A DNA stretch of 64,000 nt from positions 10,168,001 to 10,232,000 of the forward strand of contig CM022672.1 of the NCBI GenBank assembly GCA_012295275.1, read 5' to 3'. The notes below the pieces were generated by a model. That model was not told where the DNA came from, made no database searches, and saw only the letters and a program-made list of their open reading frames with translations. The position numbers were made by a program, and so were the translations under genes. Source of the DNA: Chrysomallon squamiferum. Taxonomy: Eukaryota > Animalia > Mollusca. Of the stretch, positions 34,245-48,089 are shown in pieces (position 1 is the first letter of the stretch; every line of letters begins with the position of its first letter).

Positions 34245-37200
34245 TGTATTTATTTACTTATTTACCTATTTACCTATTTATTTAAATTTTCAAAAATTAA
34301 TATTTTTTTTTATAAATGAAACTTATCTGTTGGTGTAATTATTAATAAATAAACTCTCTACTGTGTGTAGATGACAGAGTTATCATGTAATACTTCTATC
34401 CAAATTTTTACTTAACTTGAAGTCAAAACCTGATAAGTATTTAAAAATGAACTCTAGAAGAAAGTACTGATTTAATACTAATGGTAAAAACTTCTTTATT
34501 TTGTAAATTCACATATCAGATACTTTTATCATTGTAATCAAAAAGATTACCTCAGTTTTGTAAACTCGAAAAGCAAATACTGTAGTCATGCCAATAATAA
34601 AAATATTACCTCGTCTTGTGGTTGTGTTGAAAGAGGTGCATAATCCTGGAGCAACATGGCCATATTGAAGTATGTTGATGACAAGTCCCATTTGACACTT
34701 TCTCGAATATCAAGGAAACGATCTAACTTAGACTTGTCAGCACACTGCAGTACATCTAGAGCTCTCTGGTAACAATCTATAGCCTTAAAATGAACAAGAA
34801 AAAAAACCCAACAACTTTATATTAAATAATAAAACATTTTAAACAAATCACTTTTGTGTCGAACTTGATGGTTCTGAGAACAAATTAAAGTATTTTGTTA
34901 TTGTGAATTATCAGTCCATCGAAATGTAAACATGGTTCTCACAAGCAGTATTTCAGTTTATCAAAGGCCATGTGCCACATGTAAAACATATCTTTCAATT
35001 AAACATTATTCTTTTTTTAAATTATTATGATCAAAATGTTAACAATGATGTGGATGAAAGACAATTTACAGCTAAACCCTAGATAATAAACTTAATGGTA
35101 CCTGGCACATTAAATACAGAGAGATTTTTTTTTTTTTTTTTTTTTGCTTTAACGTATCATTATGTTTTAAAAGTTAATTTAACTTACTTTTAAATAATAC
35201 TGTCGTTCTTTAGCACTGAACTCAGGTCTCTCTTTCTGCAGTGTCTTCTGAGTGTAGCACTGTGCACAGAGTCTCTTTAACCTCCCCTTGTTAGAATGAA
35301 GCAGAGCTTGATTGGCCCTGTCACCCACTGAGGAAAAAGCCTCAATCCCTTTATCAAAACACCTACCACTATTTTCCCACAACTCCTCCATTTTCTCAAG
35401 AGGTACATTTGTTCCTGGAAACACAAGAGGTTTCAGACATAAAAATTATCAAGGTTAGGATGAAAGTTGTCCTAGTGTATTTTGTAACCTTGATTTATAT
35501 CTAACTGGATATAGAAATAAAATTGATTGAATATGAAAATGGGATGGTAACGGAAGACATGAAAATTAGCTTCTGATATTCTGCTTTTTTATCAGTACAT
35601 AATTGTATTGAATGGAACAGACAAAAAGGATGTTCCTGTGTGAGTTTGTCTAGAGGGTTATTATCTTCTAAGACAAGTCCATTAATAAAATATTTTCATT
35701 TTCTTTTTTCTTCCTGCATTAACCTCAGAAATAAAGAATTTCGAACCAACAAACAAAATTCAGTATCTAAGATATGGAAATGGACAGATGAAAATGACAA
35801 ATTGATGTCTGTATTAGCATCAGTTAAACCAACCTGACTGCAAGTACACCTGAGCCTGGTTCATGTACCAAACACCAAGTTCATTCATAGAATTTCCAAG
35901 TCGTTTTGTCAGCACTATCCTAGCTTCTTTGCCAACCTTCGTGTCCTTGAAGCAGAGGCCTTGTTCGTAACATCGACTGCTATCTACCAGATTCTGCTCC
36001 ATACTTAATGTCCACACATATACCCAATCAAGTTCTAAAATATAAATTATTTGACAATTGTTTTTAAATATTTATAAAATAAATTCTAGTTCAGTTGTTA
36101 AAGTAGAAGCCTATGGTGTAAAAGCTGACAGGATCAACTTTCATTAGATAACCTTGTCTGCTTTTTCCCTATTCCAACCATAAAAACATCAAACCCTTTT
36201 ATTTTATTTTCAACTCTGAAATTAAAATAAACACGTGCCTAAGATTTGGGTTATTTAGTTACAACACTTACTATCAGCTGGGTGAAACTGACAGCATCTA
36301 AATGAAGTTCTGAAATGTTCAGCTGAAAAAGTAATATTAGTTTAGCACTCTCTAAACTGAATGCGTATTAAAATGAAATACTCAAAAATGTAACAGAAGA
36401 GATAATAGGCTAGAAAATAAAGGCTACCTGGTATTGAAACAACATTTTTAGCACAGTCTAGTATGGCTGCTTCATCCTCTGACATGTTGTCGTAGTCTCT
36501 TCCATGTTCCTCAAAACCATTACTAATACGACCCATCACCAGCCTAATATCACCAGCAAGTTCGAGAATTAACGAAAAAAGTTCTTTGTTTTCATCTCCC
36601 TTGCTAGGTATCAGAGCAGACATTGCCTCTGAAAAATTGAAAGGGTAATTTTGTTGCAGCAGTTATAAACTACAGAATTTTTTTTTTTTTTACTGTCAAG
36701 GGAAATTTTAATGATACCACTTATTGTCAAATCTCTAAATCTGCATGATGTTTCTGTTTATAAAGACAGAGAGATACATAAAGTCATTTGAATCATTATA
36801 TACATCGAGGAATCAAATACTGAATAACCAATTAAATAAAATTAAGAAAATCTATAATAAATTTCAATCAGCATAAAGAAGGTCAAATTAAAAAAAAGAA
36901 AATCTTATCAAAATATTTTTCATTACATTTTCTGATTTAATGAGAAATCTCTCAAAATATCTTCAAGACATTAATTAAATATATATATATATATATATAT
37001 ATACCAAACTGTGAAAATTTTAATTTGAAACAAAAGAAAAGTTACTTACCAAAACAGTGCACAGCAAACCTGACATACTTCAGTGCATTTCCATATTTCT
37101 GTGCTGACAAGTGTGCTTTTGCAAGAGCAAAATATGTCATGGATGATTTCCTCATTAACAGTGCATTTGACAAACATTGCCATGGCTTGTCCATCGGCAC

Positions 37201-40200
37201 CTTGGATTTGTGACGAAGAACCTCCAAGGCTTGACCTCCACTGCTGGTACTTTTCAGAGGCTGGTAGTGTAAAGGAATAGCCTGATTTTGATTACAAGGT
37301 ACTTGTTCTTCTACTATGGAAGAAGAGTTCTTAGTCATATTATTCTCAGTTTTTTCCTTATAAAGACACTCCAAACCCTGGAATGGAAAGAATAAAAGAC
37401 CCGTGAAATAATCTAAAATTTGTATCAGTGAATTACATCTTTGAATTAATGCCATACTGATCAGTGATGTGGACATCCTATCTGTTAAAACATATGTGGC
37501 TGTTTTATGATCAAAGTTATCTCAACATCAGTTCATTAGATAGTGGTTTGTGTTGGCTTGTTAGGTCACATCATCATGTTTTTGTCTCAGTTAATAATCA
37601 CTGGATTTTCAAAAAATCATGGTTAATGATGTTCTTTCTCTGGAAATGTGCACACAACAGATTCCATGCTGCTAGTTAATACCTGTAGCCAACAGAGTGG
37701 AATCAGTCAGTGTCATCAATCATAATTAAGATTGTTATATAAAATACTAATGATCCACTTGTAATAACTGTTATTAAAATGTGTTGAAAGGTCATTAAAC
37801 ATTCAATAATTTACTCTCTCATATCGCCTAGATAAAAAATGCACAAATGATAATAATTAAGCTTTATTTTTAAAATGTTTAAGTGTCATTAAACATTCAT
37901 TCATTGGTGACAAAAAGTGCATACTTTTCTGATGTGCTTCAGTGCATCATGACATCTCTCCTCGACAGTTCCAGCTATATGGTGAGACTTGACCGTCCTT
38001 CTTACTCTGTTATTCAGATAAGATTTGTTTACCAGATCATTCATGCCAACCGAGATTTCTGTTCTTGCATCGTTTTCATCATCAGAGGACTAAAAAAATC
38101 AGAAAGAATAAAAATATTTTTATCTCTCTTTAAATTCAATTTATCTTGTATTGAGTTATTTTCTCTTCTGATGAAGCTCAGTTTTACATGTATACTTTGT
38201 AACATGGCTGAATTATTAGTTCTAATTATATGTGCAGGTTTGTTATGGAACAAATGAAATAACTGATTAAATGATAGATGTTTAGAGAAATGGTGTAAGT
38301 AGATAAAATTACCATACAAGATAAAAATCAGTTTAAAGAGATAAAAATGGCAGTTTTATTCTGTTACTTGATAATCACATTTGTGAAGGCATAAAATTCC
38401 AAAATAATCTGAGAATATTTTCTGGAAGAATGGGCATATTATAAATGATTTTTATTCACTGCTGTTTATTAAAAAGTTAATTTTGACATTACAATGTAGT
38501 AAACCTTTGTTCCATTTTACTTTTAAATAGCACATTTTTTATATATTTTTAAATATTATTATTTCATGTGAAATATAAGCACTTCTCAATGAAGTTTAAG
38601 CTAGCATATAAAAAGACACTAAATTCAAATACACTCAAAAAAGCTATGTATTTAATATTATGGATTATTGTAATATTAAATACCATTGGTGAATCCTCCG
38701 ACTCATCAGATTCTGATTCTGAGTCAGGAACACTCCACACATCATGCACAGAACAATCTGGAACATACAGATCTGACAACAGATAGTTTGCGGATGTACA
38801 CACCTTCAACAGAAAACAAAAGTTATATATACCAAAAGAAATTCCATGTAAATATATATATATATATATATATACACATACATACATACAAACACACACA
38901 CATATATACATATACAAACACACACACACACACACACACACACAATACATGCTTTTATCTGGAAGGCATTCTGTATATCTGAACCTGGCAAGTGTTTACA
39001 TGTCATCCATTTTAAATATAAAAACATAAAGAAAATAGACAATACACAACAGTGGCAATTCTCCAGCAGAATGAATGCCATGCCATGCTTTGAAAGAGTA
39101 GTTCTGGTCTGAAGGACAACACCAGCATGGTGGAAAATAGCATGGTTTTCTTCTTTCCAGATTTCAGGATGCTGGATAATGGTCTGGTACCTGTATATAC
39201 ATAAGTACTGAGAGGATGCCCACAGGGACAGTGAATGGGTTCTGCCAACAGGTCTTCCTTTTAACACACACACACACACTCACACAGAGCAGTCAGATCA
39301 TCCACAGCTTAACTACATCATGTTTCTTCTTCCCCCGTGGTCTGCCTCATGTTGCGTCTGTAGAAATAAAAGTAATGGGTTCTGCCTCATCAACATCTGT
39401 TTCCTCACAGAAATAAAATAAAGTCTACATCATCAACATCTGTAGAAATAAAATAACGTTTACATCATCATAATCTGTAGAAATAAAATAAAGTCTACTT
39501 CATCATCAATATATGCAGAAATTAAATAAAGTATAGATCATCATCAACATCTGTAGAAATTAAATAAAGTCTACATCATTATCATCTGAGAAATTAAATA
39601 AAGTCTAATCATCCACAGATGTAAAATAAAAAAGCAAAGTCTACACCATCATCTACAGATGCAAAAATAAAACAGTCTATAAATAGAAATAAAGTCTATA
39701 AATAAAAAAAGTCTACAGAAATGAAATGTGTTCATCATATATCTATAGATATAAAATAAAAATTAAGAAAAAAACATCTACAAAAATAGAATGTAAAAAG
39801 TGATATAAAGTCTACATCACCAATGTGTAAAAATAAAATAAAGTCATGATCTTAGGTATCTATAGAAATAGAATGAGTTTATTATGAAATTATATTATCA
39901 AAGAAAAGTATTTAATATTTAATACTGATAATCTGAGAACAATTAGTCCTTATAAGATAATAAAATTATTTATTTTTACTGATTGTTTTCATTTCTTTCA
40001 TTATCTAAGTTATTATCAAATAAACAAGCTGAAAGATTTATTTTTTATTGCTTGACTGAGAATAATTCATTATAAATGATGTTAATAGAAACGTACTTTT
40101 ATATAACCAGTAGGTGTGACCTTCTTTGGTTGCATTTGATTTCAAGAAAGAGAGAATATTTCTGGCAATATCAATTACCAGCTGAGGATCAAATTTACAG

Positions 40201-43200
40201 TCATCCAAATTTGGAATATCTTCTGTTTTAATCAGCTCATATTTCTGTGGAACAACAAAAAAAAAATTACACATTTAATAAATTTTGTTTCTGATAAGTA
40301 TTACTTTAAACATTTTTATTATGACTACACATACTGATTACCACCAGAAATATTTTCAGTTAAACTAAATTTATAATTCATATTGTTAACATTTTCAAAA
40401 ACATTACAGTAGTAGTTTACAACAACCAATGTTAATAAAAATGTATGTATTAATTTATAAAATTAACATTTTCAATAGCTCCCATACACTAGTTTAAAAA
40501 TAACATTTTAATAAAAATAAATGCAATAAGTTACAATCAATTTTTCCAATAAAATCACACATTTAAATTTTTGACATTCTCAATAAAATACCATCTACTT
40601 AATTACTAATTAAACACAAATTGTTTAAAAAAAAAAATAATAATAAAATAGAAATTCACTTTTTAATCAATAATATTTTCTATAAAATTACCATTAACAG
40701 TTTTAATAAAAATACAAGTATTAATTTACTGTTAACCATTTTCTACCTGCACAATACCATTCAGATGAAAGCACATGGCCACTTCAGGTACATTACACAT
40801 TAAGTTGTCTAGCCAGTAGTCAAGTCCTGTTAGAACATTTATTGGAGTTTTTGAGTCCCTGAATCACAAAATAAATTAACAAATCAGTATTGCATTTTGT
40901 GTTCAGAACACATTTTTAGTTAAAGTTTTATATGAAGACTTAATATTACCAAATTAGATTACAAATGATACATTAATTCAAGGAAGTAATTTTTTTTTTT
41001 TTTTTCAAACTCTATCTTAGTAGTTGTACCCCATTTAAGATTAAAACTTTTTCCAAAGTCATCCAATAATTAATTTTCTGAAATACATTTGCTATGACCT
41101 TACTTTTTCAAAGGAACATATAATAAACAAAAACAACATATCCAGTTCTCTTTAAAAGGACATTGAAAACACATTCTTGAATCTTTTATTTATCTTTTTA
41201 ACAAAAATGATACTTTTAAATTAATGTGACTGAGCATTCAAAAATGCTACACAATAATAAAAGTTTAAACAATAATTTTAGGTATTTTGGTGCTACTTTG
41301 GCATGTGATCTACATCTTAAAGGGATAGCTGCAGCAAAAAAACTAAAATAAAAGTGTGAAAAGAAAGAATAATTATATTCCTTTAACAGGGAATCTCAGT
41401 TTATACCAGGCAGGTAAAGTAATACAAGACTTAGCTTGGATCTTAGATAGGAAGATCTTAAAATCTTTTAGGATCAATGCATGACACATATATATACATA
41501 TAAGAATATCACATCCAGCAAACTTTATTTCTGAGTAGATATACAATATGACAGTTCATCTGTATTCCACTCTGTGATTTTACTTGTTCATTTACTTTTC
41601 AATTTCTAAACTAAAGAACCCTTAAGATATTGGCTAAAATGTTTTACAACATGATCAGCAATGACACAAAGGCAGTTTTATTTTTATGAAGAAGTGGCCT
41701 TGCAGATGATGAAGAAAATGTTGCACCATGTCATTGTTGTGGTGGAGAAATGAAGGAAACTTGAAGAAAAGGGAAAAATGGCAAAATCCTGCCAACTTTA
41801 TGTTGCAAAACTTGCAGCAGCCTAACTTCAAATTTGTATACTTTTTAGCCTTTGTTCCTATTAATTATAAATATATAATAAAATGAAAATTTGTTTCATT
41901 TGTGCCATGAAAAATATTAATAAAAAAAACAAGAATAAACAAAATAATAATTAAAATAAGCAAGTAGATCACACACTAAAGAAGAATTTACTTGTTGTAG
42001 ATCACATGCCAAAGTAGCACCCTACATTTGTTATTGCAATTACCGAAGCCTAAGGCTGACACAAGGATGTGTTGCTCCACCAAAAATTGGCAAATCACTT
42101 CCTATTAACATGTGAATATCTTCAAATTTCCATAATATTTCCCTGTCAAACTCACTCTCAGGCTTAAACATTTAAAAGATAATTAAATAATGAATTATGA
42201 ATATATGAATAAAATATAATTATAAATACAGATTTGATTAAAAAGAGTGATGTAAGAAATAGTAATGTTACAGAACACTGGATAAAGAGTGCTGAAATCA
42301 AATGGTTATTAAAAGAAATATTTTTTAAAAATTGCTAAAAACAATTTTGAGTACATTTATTTTGTTTGGTATTTAAGTTATAAAAGATTTATTTCACATG
42401 GACAGCTGGGGTTTCTGTTAATCTTTTTTGATTTTTTTTTTAAAGTTTATCTCTGGGTGTGTAATTTCTTTTTAACACAAAACAGTAATTATTAATCAAG
42501 TATTATAATATATCTAGTTTTTTCTTCCGAAATAAAACATCACTATCTGTGACAGTCATTAACTTTGAATATTAATTTTTAAACTAATGATTCCAAAATA
42601 TAGATATAGGTAAAATCAGATAATTATTAAATAAATATAGGTAAAATCAGATAATTATAAAATAAATATAGGAAAAATCAGATGATTATTAAATAACTTA
42701 AGCATGGAACTGAAATATACTGATGGTATTTCTGCAGATCAAAAAACTTTAAATTACAAGAATAATTACTGAGAAAAAGACCAATAATAACAAAATGAAT
42801 TGATAGAAATGTTAAATTTTTTTAATTATTATTATTATTATTTTTAATATATATATAGATATATTACCTTGGGTAAAGGATCAGGTACCAGCTCTAGAGG
42901 TTCTCTGTGACTGGTGGGTGGAGATGGTGGGTTTGGTTGTGTCTGCCAAACTAATTCATTTGGATTACAGGTTGCAACCAAACTGTCAGATATGGATTGC
43001 ACATTTTAATATTTATGGCATAATTATGAAGTAAATTAGCTTGGTATAAAGCTTGTTATATTGTTGATGGTGCCAAGTTATCTGTTCCAAACTCTTTACC
43101 AATTCACATTCTAGGTCACAATTTAAACTTATTAAAATACAGTAATAATAATAATAATAATAAGAAGAATATGATATGATAAATGATACAACATACGAAT

Positions 43201-45981
43201 ATATGGCATGATATAATATATGATCAAAACTATAATTTAAATGTATAAAATTATGGTGACATAATAACCAGATATCTTTCAATTACATATTATAATAGTG
43301 ATAATAATTTTAATAATAATAATAATAAAACTATTAATATGAGGTGATAAACTTACCTGTGATATAAAAATTTGGAATACATGTTTCTCTTTTCTAGAGT
43401 ATTTCTACTTTTGCTTTGTCTAGGAATACATTTCATCTGAAAGAGAGACAAAAGTAGTTTGATACACAGCACAGATCATTAACCAAAGTTATTATTAACT
43501 CAAGAACGTTTCTAGTTTATATATTTCTTTTCAAAATTAACCTTCTTAAGATACTCTGCATTGGTGACTTCAGATTGATACTGTATACAGTTAAATTTCT
43601 CTAATTACCTTTCCCTGCATATCTTTGGCAACAATACTGTAGAAAAAATGTCTCAACCAAGTCCATTCTTCCTGAAATATTAGAACAAGCTAATTAATAC
43701 AATACTCTTTATATATTTGCTTGTATATCTTATATAATTTAATATGTGCCTATTTGCATATTAAAATCAGATTTAGTGTATAAGTTTGTATATCTTTTGT
43801 AAAGTATCTTAACAGACCCCTCTTCTTAAAATACAAAAACAATTCTAATTAATACAACAATTACATTTTTAAGTAATATTTCAATTTGCTGAATTAAAGA
43901 TTTAGCATTCATTTTCAGTGCCTATATTAATTAATACTGATTATCACATATAAGCAATCTTAATAATATTTAAACTTTATAAAAATTACAAATACCTACT
44001 AAAATACAAACATTTTGTTTAAAATCTGAACACAGTGTATTTCATTTTTAATAAGCCATAGAAAACTAAATTTTATAAATCATTAGACATTCGCAGAATT
44101 TAAAAATAATGTAAGAAAAAGAAAAACCTCTTGGTTCCTCAGAAGAAGCTTGTGAATGTCAAATTCATCCAAAAGCAGTGTTTTTCCAATTCGATGTACC
44201 ATCATACTAACATGAGACGATTTGCAAAGAGGCATTTTTAGAAGTTTTTTAATACTCTGAAAATAATTAATAATAATAAGGTCAATCTCAAAATATGAAT
44301 GTGATCAATTTTTAAAGTAATTTGTGACATACAGTGATTTCTTCACTTTATTTATAATTTTATGGTAATACATTTAAGATATGGTTTTTAACGTCTTTAC
44401 AAATTATTATTAAATAAACACAAAATTCACCTTTACAAGCATATAAAAATAAATATCCATTCACATTAGTACATCTAATATTATTTTTAAATAGTCTGGG
44501 GTTGTTATAAAATATTAATATTTAATTACCTGTGATCCACTTACTACATCCACTTCTCCTGTGAGATCAGGAAAATTATTTGCCATCCTAATGCTGCAAA
44601 TTAATAAAGATATTTATTTAGGAAATTTAATTACCTTCTTTTTTTTCAAATCAGAACAAATTATTTTTATATATATATACAGATTTTTTTTTTTTTTAAT
44701 CTATACAAACTTTATAACATTTAAATTTTAAAGGTATCATAAATAAAATTTAATTTAAAAAAGACAAAAATAAATAGAAGTTTTATCAGTTGAAATATAT
44801 AAATTTGTCATTACAATTTTTATAATACGGTATAAGAATATTAATAACATTAAGCACACAATGGAAAGAAAAAGAAAATAAATTATGATTTATCTAAAAA
44901 TTATAATTTTTCTGTGATAGTATGCAAACAGAATTCTTTACTAACATATACAAAGCACTTAGTATCAAAAAAAAAAAAGAAGAAGAAAATTATTGACAAG
45001 GAACCTATAATAATAAAATTTTTACAAACCTTGAAAATTCAGAATGTTCTTTTTTCCAAGTATAATCTCGAATATACCGTTCCATTCCTGAACTGCTGCG
45101 TAACCAGTTTGATGGTGGTACATTTAGGTTTGTGTTCAGTCGAAGACGAGAAAAGCCAGTTGACAATGGTATACTGGCACTTGTGTATTTTACAATTGCT
45201 GTTGACTTGATGTCATTGAAACTTTTATCCTTAGGTATCATATCCATGTTCTTGCAGTCATCCATCTAATAATAATAATAATATTAATATTAATAAATAA
45301 CAATAATAATAACTGTAATTGTGAAAAGAGGATTAAATAAAATAATAAACAGTCAACTATAATTATACTATGATATATGATATTATATCATAATATTTCA
45401 ACATCTGTTTCAGTTCACTGTATCTTTTTGGGTAATAATTTTTATTTATTATATACTGGTACAAGGAATGATAGGGACTCTTTCCATAATTTATCTATAT
45501 TTTCTAGTAGTCAGTATGTTTAACTTTAAAGTACGTAGCCAACTTCACACTTTATAAGTTTATTTTATCGACACTGTCCTTAACTTTAAGTTAAAGAGCG
45601 CCAGCTGAATTTCAATTGGCGACAGCAACAAAATATGTTATAGCTTTGTATATATAAAACTATACAGATATTAAATAAAGTACTATATTAATTATTTAAA
45701 CTGAACACTAACAGTATAATAGTTAGTATAATAATAAAATTAATATCATAAATACGACACCTCATTGAGTCATTCAGTCATCGAGTCATTAACACACTGC
45801 CTGAATCAATCACAGATTCTTTAAAACGTATTTCTCATAATTAAAGTAACAAATAGCAAACAGAGTGCTTTCAAAATAATATATTGTTCTTCTGATTTAG
45901 TATGGAAGTTGTAAAAGCAAAATTAATTTCAAATTTTAAAAAGAAACAAATAAAATCGCACTAAATGTTTACCATTGACAT
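32034..45981 (-). CDS. EDRF1: Erythroid differentiation-related factor 1 homologue; exon 11 is disrupted in this assembly
   Basis: Exons: 45981-45973 (putative MSM micro-exon), 45265-45030, 44593-44530, 44256-44128, 43671-43609, 43436-43357, 42982-42868, 42162-42044, 40858-40747, 40244-40097, ~39357-38985 (scrambled), 38803-38684, 38089-37925, 37377-37050, 36628-36428, 36034-35834, 35414-35188, 34783-34610, 33878-33723, 33333-33186, 32773-32557, 32196-32034 (TAA). Diagnostic peptides: IKSTAIVKY..PPSNWLR, VSMMVHRIGKTLLLDEFDI, WKFEDIHMLIGSDLPIFGG, PINVLTGLDYWLDNLMCNVPE, FLKSNATKEGHTYWL, YRAATINHRLASLYH. Confidence 0.93.
33891..34282. repeat. Degenerate (TTTA/CTTA)n tetranucleotide repeat
   Basis: About 390-bp tract inside an EDRF1 intron, directly visible. 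Confidence 0.9.
37655..37905 (+). mobile_element. Degraded SINE-like 3' fragments
   Basis: ttaaaatgtgttgaaaggtcattaaacattc and ttaaaatgtttaagtgtcattaaacattc match the tail of the 49.9 kb copy. Confidence 0.45.
39355..39870 (-). repeat. About 35-bp degenerate tandem repeat of the EDRF1 exon-11 acceptor junction
   Basis: Minus-strand unit tagactttattttatttctacag|ATGTTGATGATG. About 7 recognisable copies to ~39600, then progressively more decayed. Confidence 0.85.
41289..42021. mobile_element. MITE / non-autonomous DNA transposon, about 730 bp
   Basis: Perfect 26-bp inverted repeats GGTGCTACTTTGGCATGTGATCTACA (41289-41314) and TGTAGATCACATGCCAAAGTAGCACC (41996-42021). No internal ORF in the track. 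TSD not clearly resolved. Confidence 0.8.
42604..42694. repeat. 31-bp minisatellite, 3 copies
   Basis: atataggtaaaatcagataattattaaataa at 42604, 42635 and 42666. Confidence 0.9.
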
Positions 45982-47340
45982 TGTTTACCGGAAATTTCTT
46001 CACGTCTTAGTCTAGGAAATTGTTGTTTTATTTCCCTCCGTTTTTTTGGAGATTCTCATATTTTCTTTACTTTTGCCTAAACTGCCAGTTAGTAAAAATC
46101 ATTAGAATTATGGAAATGTTTTAAAAATATATTAATGTTGTGGAGTTTGAATTTGAAAATAATGCAGTCTTTAATTTAACTGTTGTATATTTGTAACTGG
46201 TAAATATTTTACAGATCAGAAAGAAACGTAATAATAATAATAATAATCAATTACAATTATCATAATATTTATAGCGTGTAGGTTTCCATATTTAAAATAA
46301 TAATAATTCTAAGTAACGTTCAGTTTCTCATATAGCTGGCACAGACTGCTTACTAAACACAAAGTAATTTGGTTCATTATATCTCACAAAATGGGCTGTA
46401 TATATTGTATATAATGGAACATTTGTTAAATTGATATGACTAACTGCAGAATGCCTATACTCAGAAATTTAATATAAATAAATATAATGTTCATACAAAT
46501 CTGAGAATACTGAATAAATATATTGAAACTGCAAAGAAAAGGTAATAAATATTATTTAATAAATAATATCGTATCAATAGTACTGTTAATGGATAACTGT
46601 ATTAATTACTTTTAAAATTTGGATAGAGACACTAAATGATATATAAATCCAGTGAAGTAGCGCTGACGATCTCATTCACAGTAATAAATGTTGCGAACCA
46701 GCTGTTAGTAAGTCGTGTGCCATCCATCGTTCTAATTGTCAACTCTGGCTTTAATTCGATTAATAACAAGCCAGTCTGGTGCGTAATGGTTAATGTGTAT
46801 GAATGAATCTAACACATTTCAGTATTCTTGGTTACGGTTTCTGTGCTTTGGCCTTCTACTTCATCTTGACGGAAAACCAAGCTGAACCATGACTCGCAAA
46901 TTAGAAAAGATGAGAAATGATCGTTTGTTTCGATATAATTATACATTATATATACAATATATTCGTCCTTAGCAAATATGGTGATTTGTTATACGATTTC
47001 TGGCAACATAAAAGCTGAACATCGAAAAAATAAAAGCTGCTTTTAGACAACATTTGCCAACAGAAAATCTAATTAAATTTTATGTTCAACTTTACGGAAA
47101 CTGTCCAGAACAGTTTTTCGACATGGTCGGGAACCAAGTCAGATTGCTACTAGTGTCAAACCAAAGTATATAGGTCCTTATTAATTGTAATCTGTTGTCT
47201 TCTCAGACGTTTAGTTATACGGCAGGTTATTCATAAACATACAAGCAAAACATATGAATTTGAGAAGTTTATTTATATATATTTTTGTAATAGATATTAT
47301 TACTACTATTACTACTACTACTACTACTATCATTATTATT

Positions 47341-47342
<2 letters not shown>

Positions 47343-47394
<52 letters not shown>
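47343..47394. repeat. (TG)n microsatellite
   Basis: Directly visible. Confidence 0.95.
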
Positions 47395-47395
<1 letters not shown>

Positions 47396-48089
47396 CCGAT
47401 GGAAGTGTCCGAGATCAATCGCCAACCATCCATTCCGGCAAAACGTAGAAACATAAATAAAATGTGTATATATGTATGTATGTACACACACACACACACT
47501 TTTCTGTTTATACTTCAAATAAAAGACCTGTTAAAATATAGCACAATCAAAAATTTAAGTCAGTGAATATGTACAAACGGTTATTCTAAACATATTGTTC
47601 AACTGCTTGCTTTATTGAAATAATTGGTTAATACGTTGCTTGCTAACTACTTAATCGGTCAAGAAAAACGTGTATTTGACGACAGAAAGATAAATTAATT
47701 AGTGACCCACAGCGTATCGAAACTGGGTAGACAGTGACGTCATCATGTATCTAACAGAAACGATTACTCTACTAAACTGCGTCGGAATAAGGCCACATTT
47801 CAATACACAGTCAATACGAATATTGTTGTATAGCTGTTTGATAGCACGTTCGTGTGTGTGTGGAGGGGGGACTTTTTTTTTTTTTAAATAATAATAATTC
47901 AAGTGTAATTTGTGAATAAATAGGTCATGAAAAAATATTAAATATCTGAAGGAAAAAAATAATATGTATATATATATATTGTCTTGAAGAAATAAAATAT
48001 TTCAGTAAATGAAAAATTTAAGATCTTTTATAATAATATAAATTACAGGTTAAAGACAGTAGAGGAGTATATTTTAATAATATATATGC

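Noticed and set aside
42604-42694. 31-bp x3 repeat containing AG/GT as a fourth junction-echo array
   Set aside because: It does not match or touch any EDRF1 exon boundary, and the splice-like motif is on the non-coding strand.
32034-45981. Calling EDRF1 a pseudogene
   Set aside because: All other exons keep frame and canonical splice sites; damage confined to one exon fits an assembly error better.
46770-46850. tRNA-like A-box (TGGTGCGTAATGG)
   Set aside because: No cloverleaf or intact B-box; at most a decayed SINE head, not a tRNA gene.
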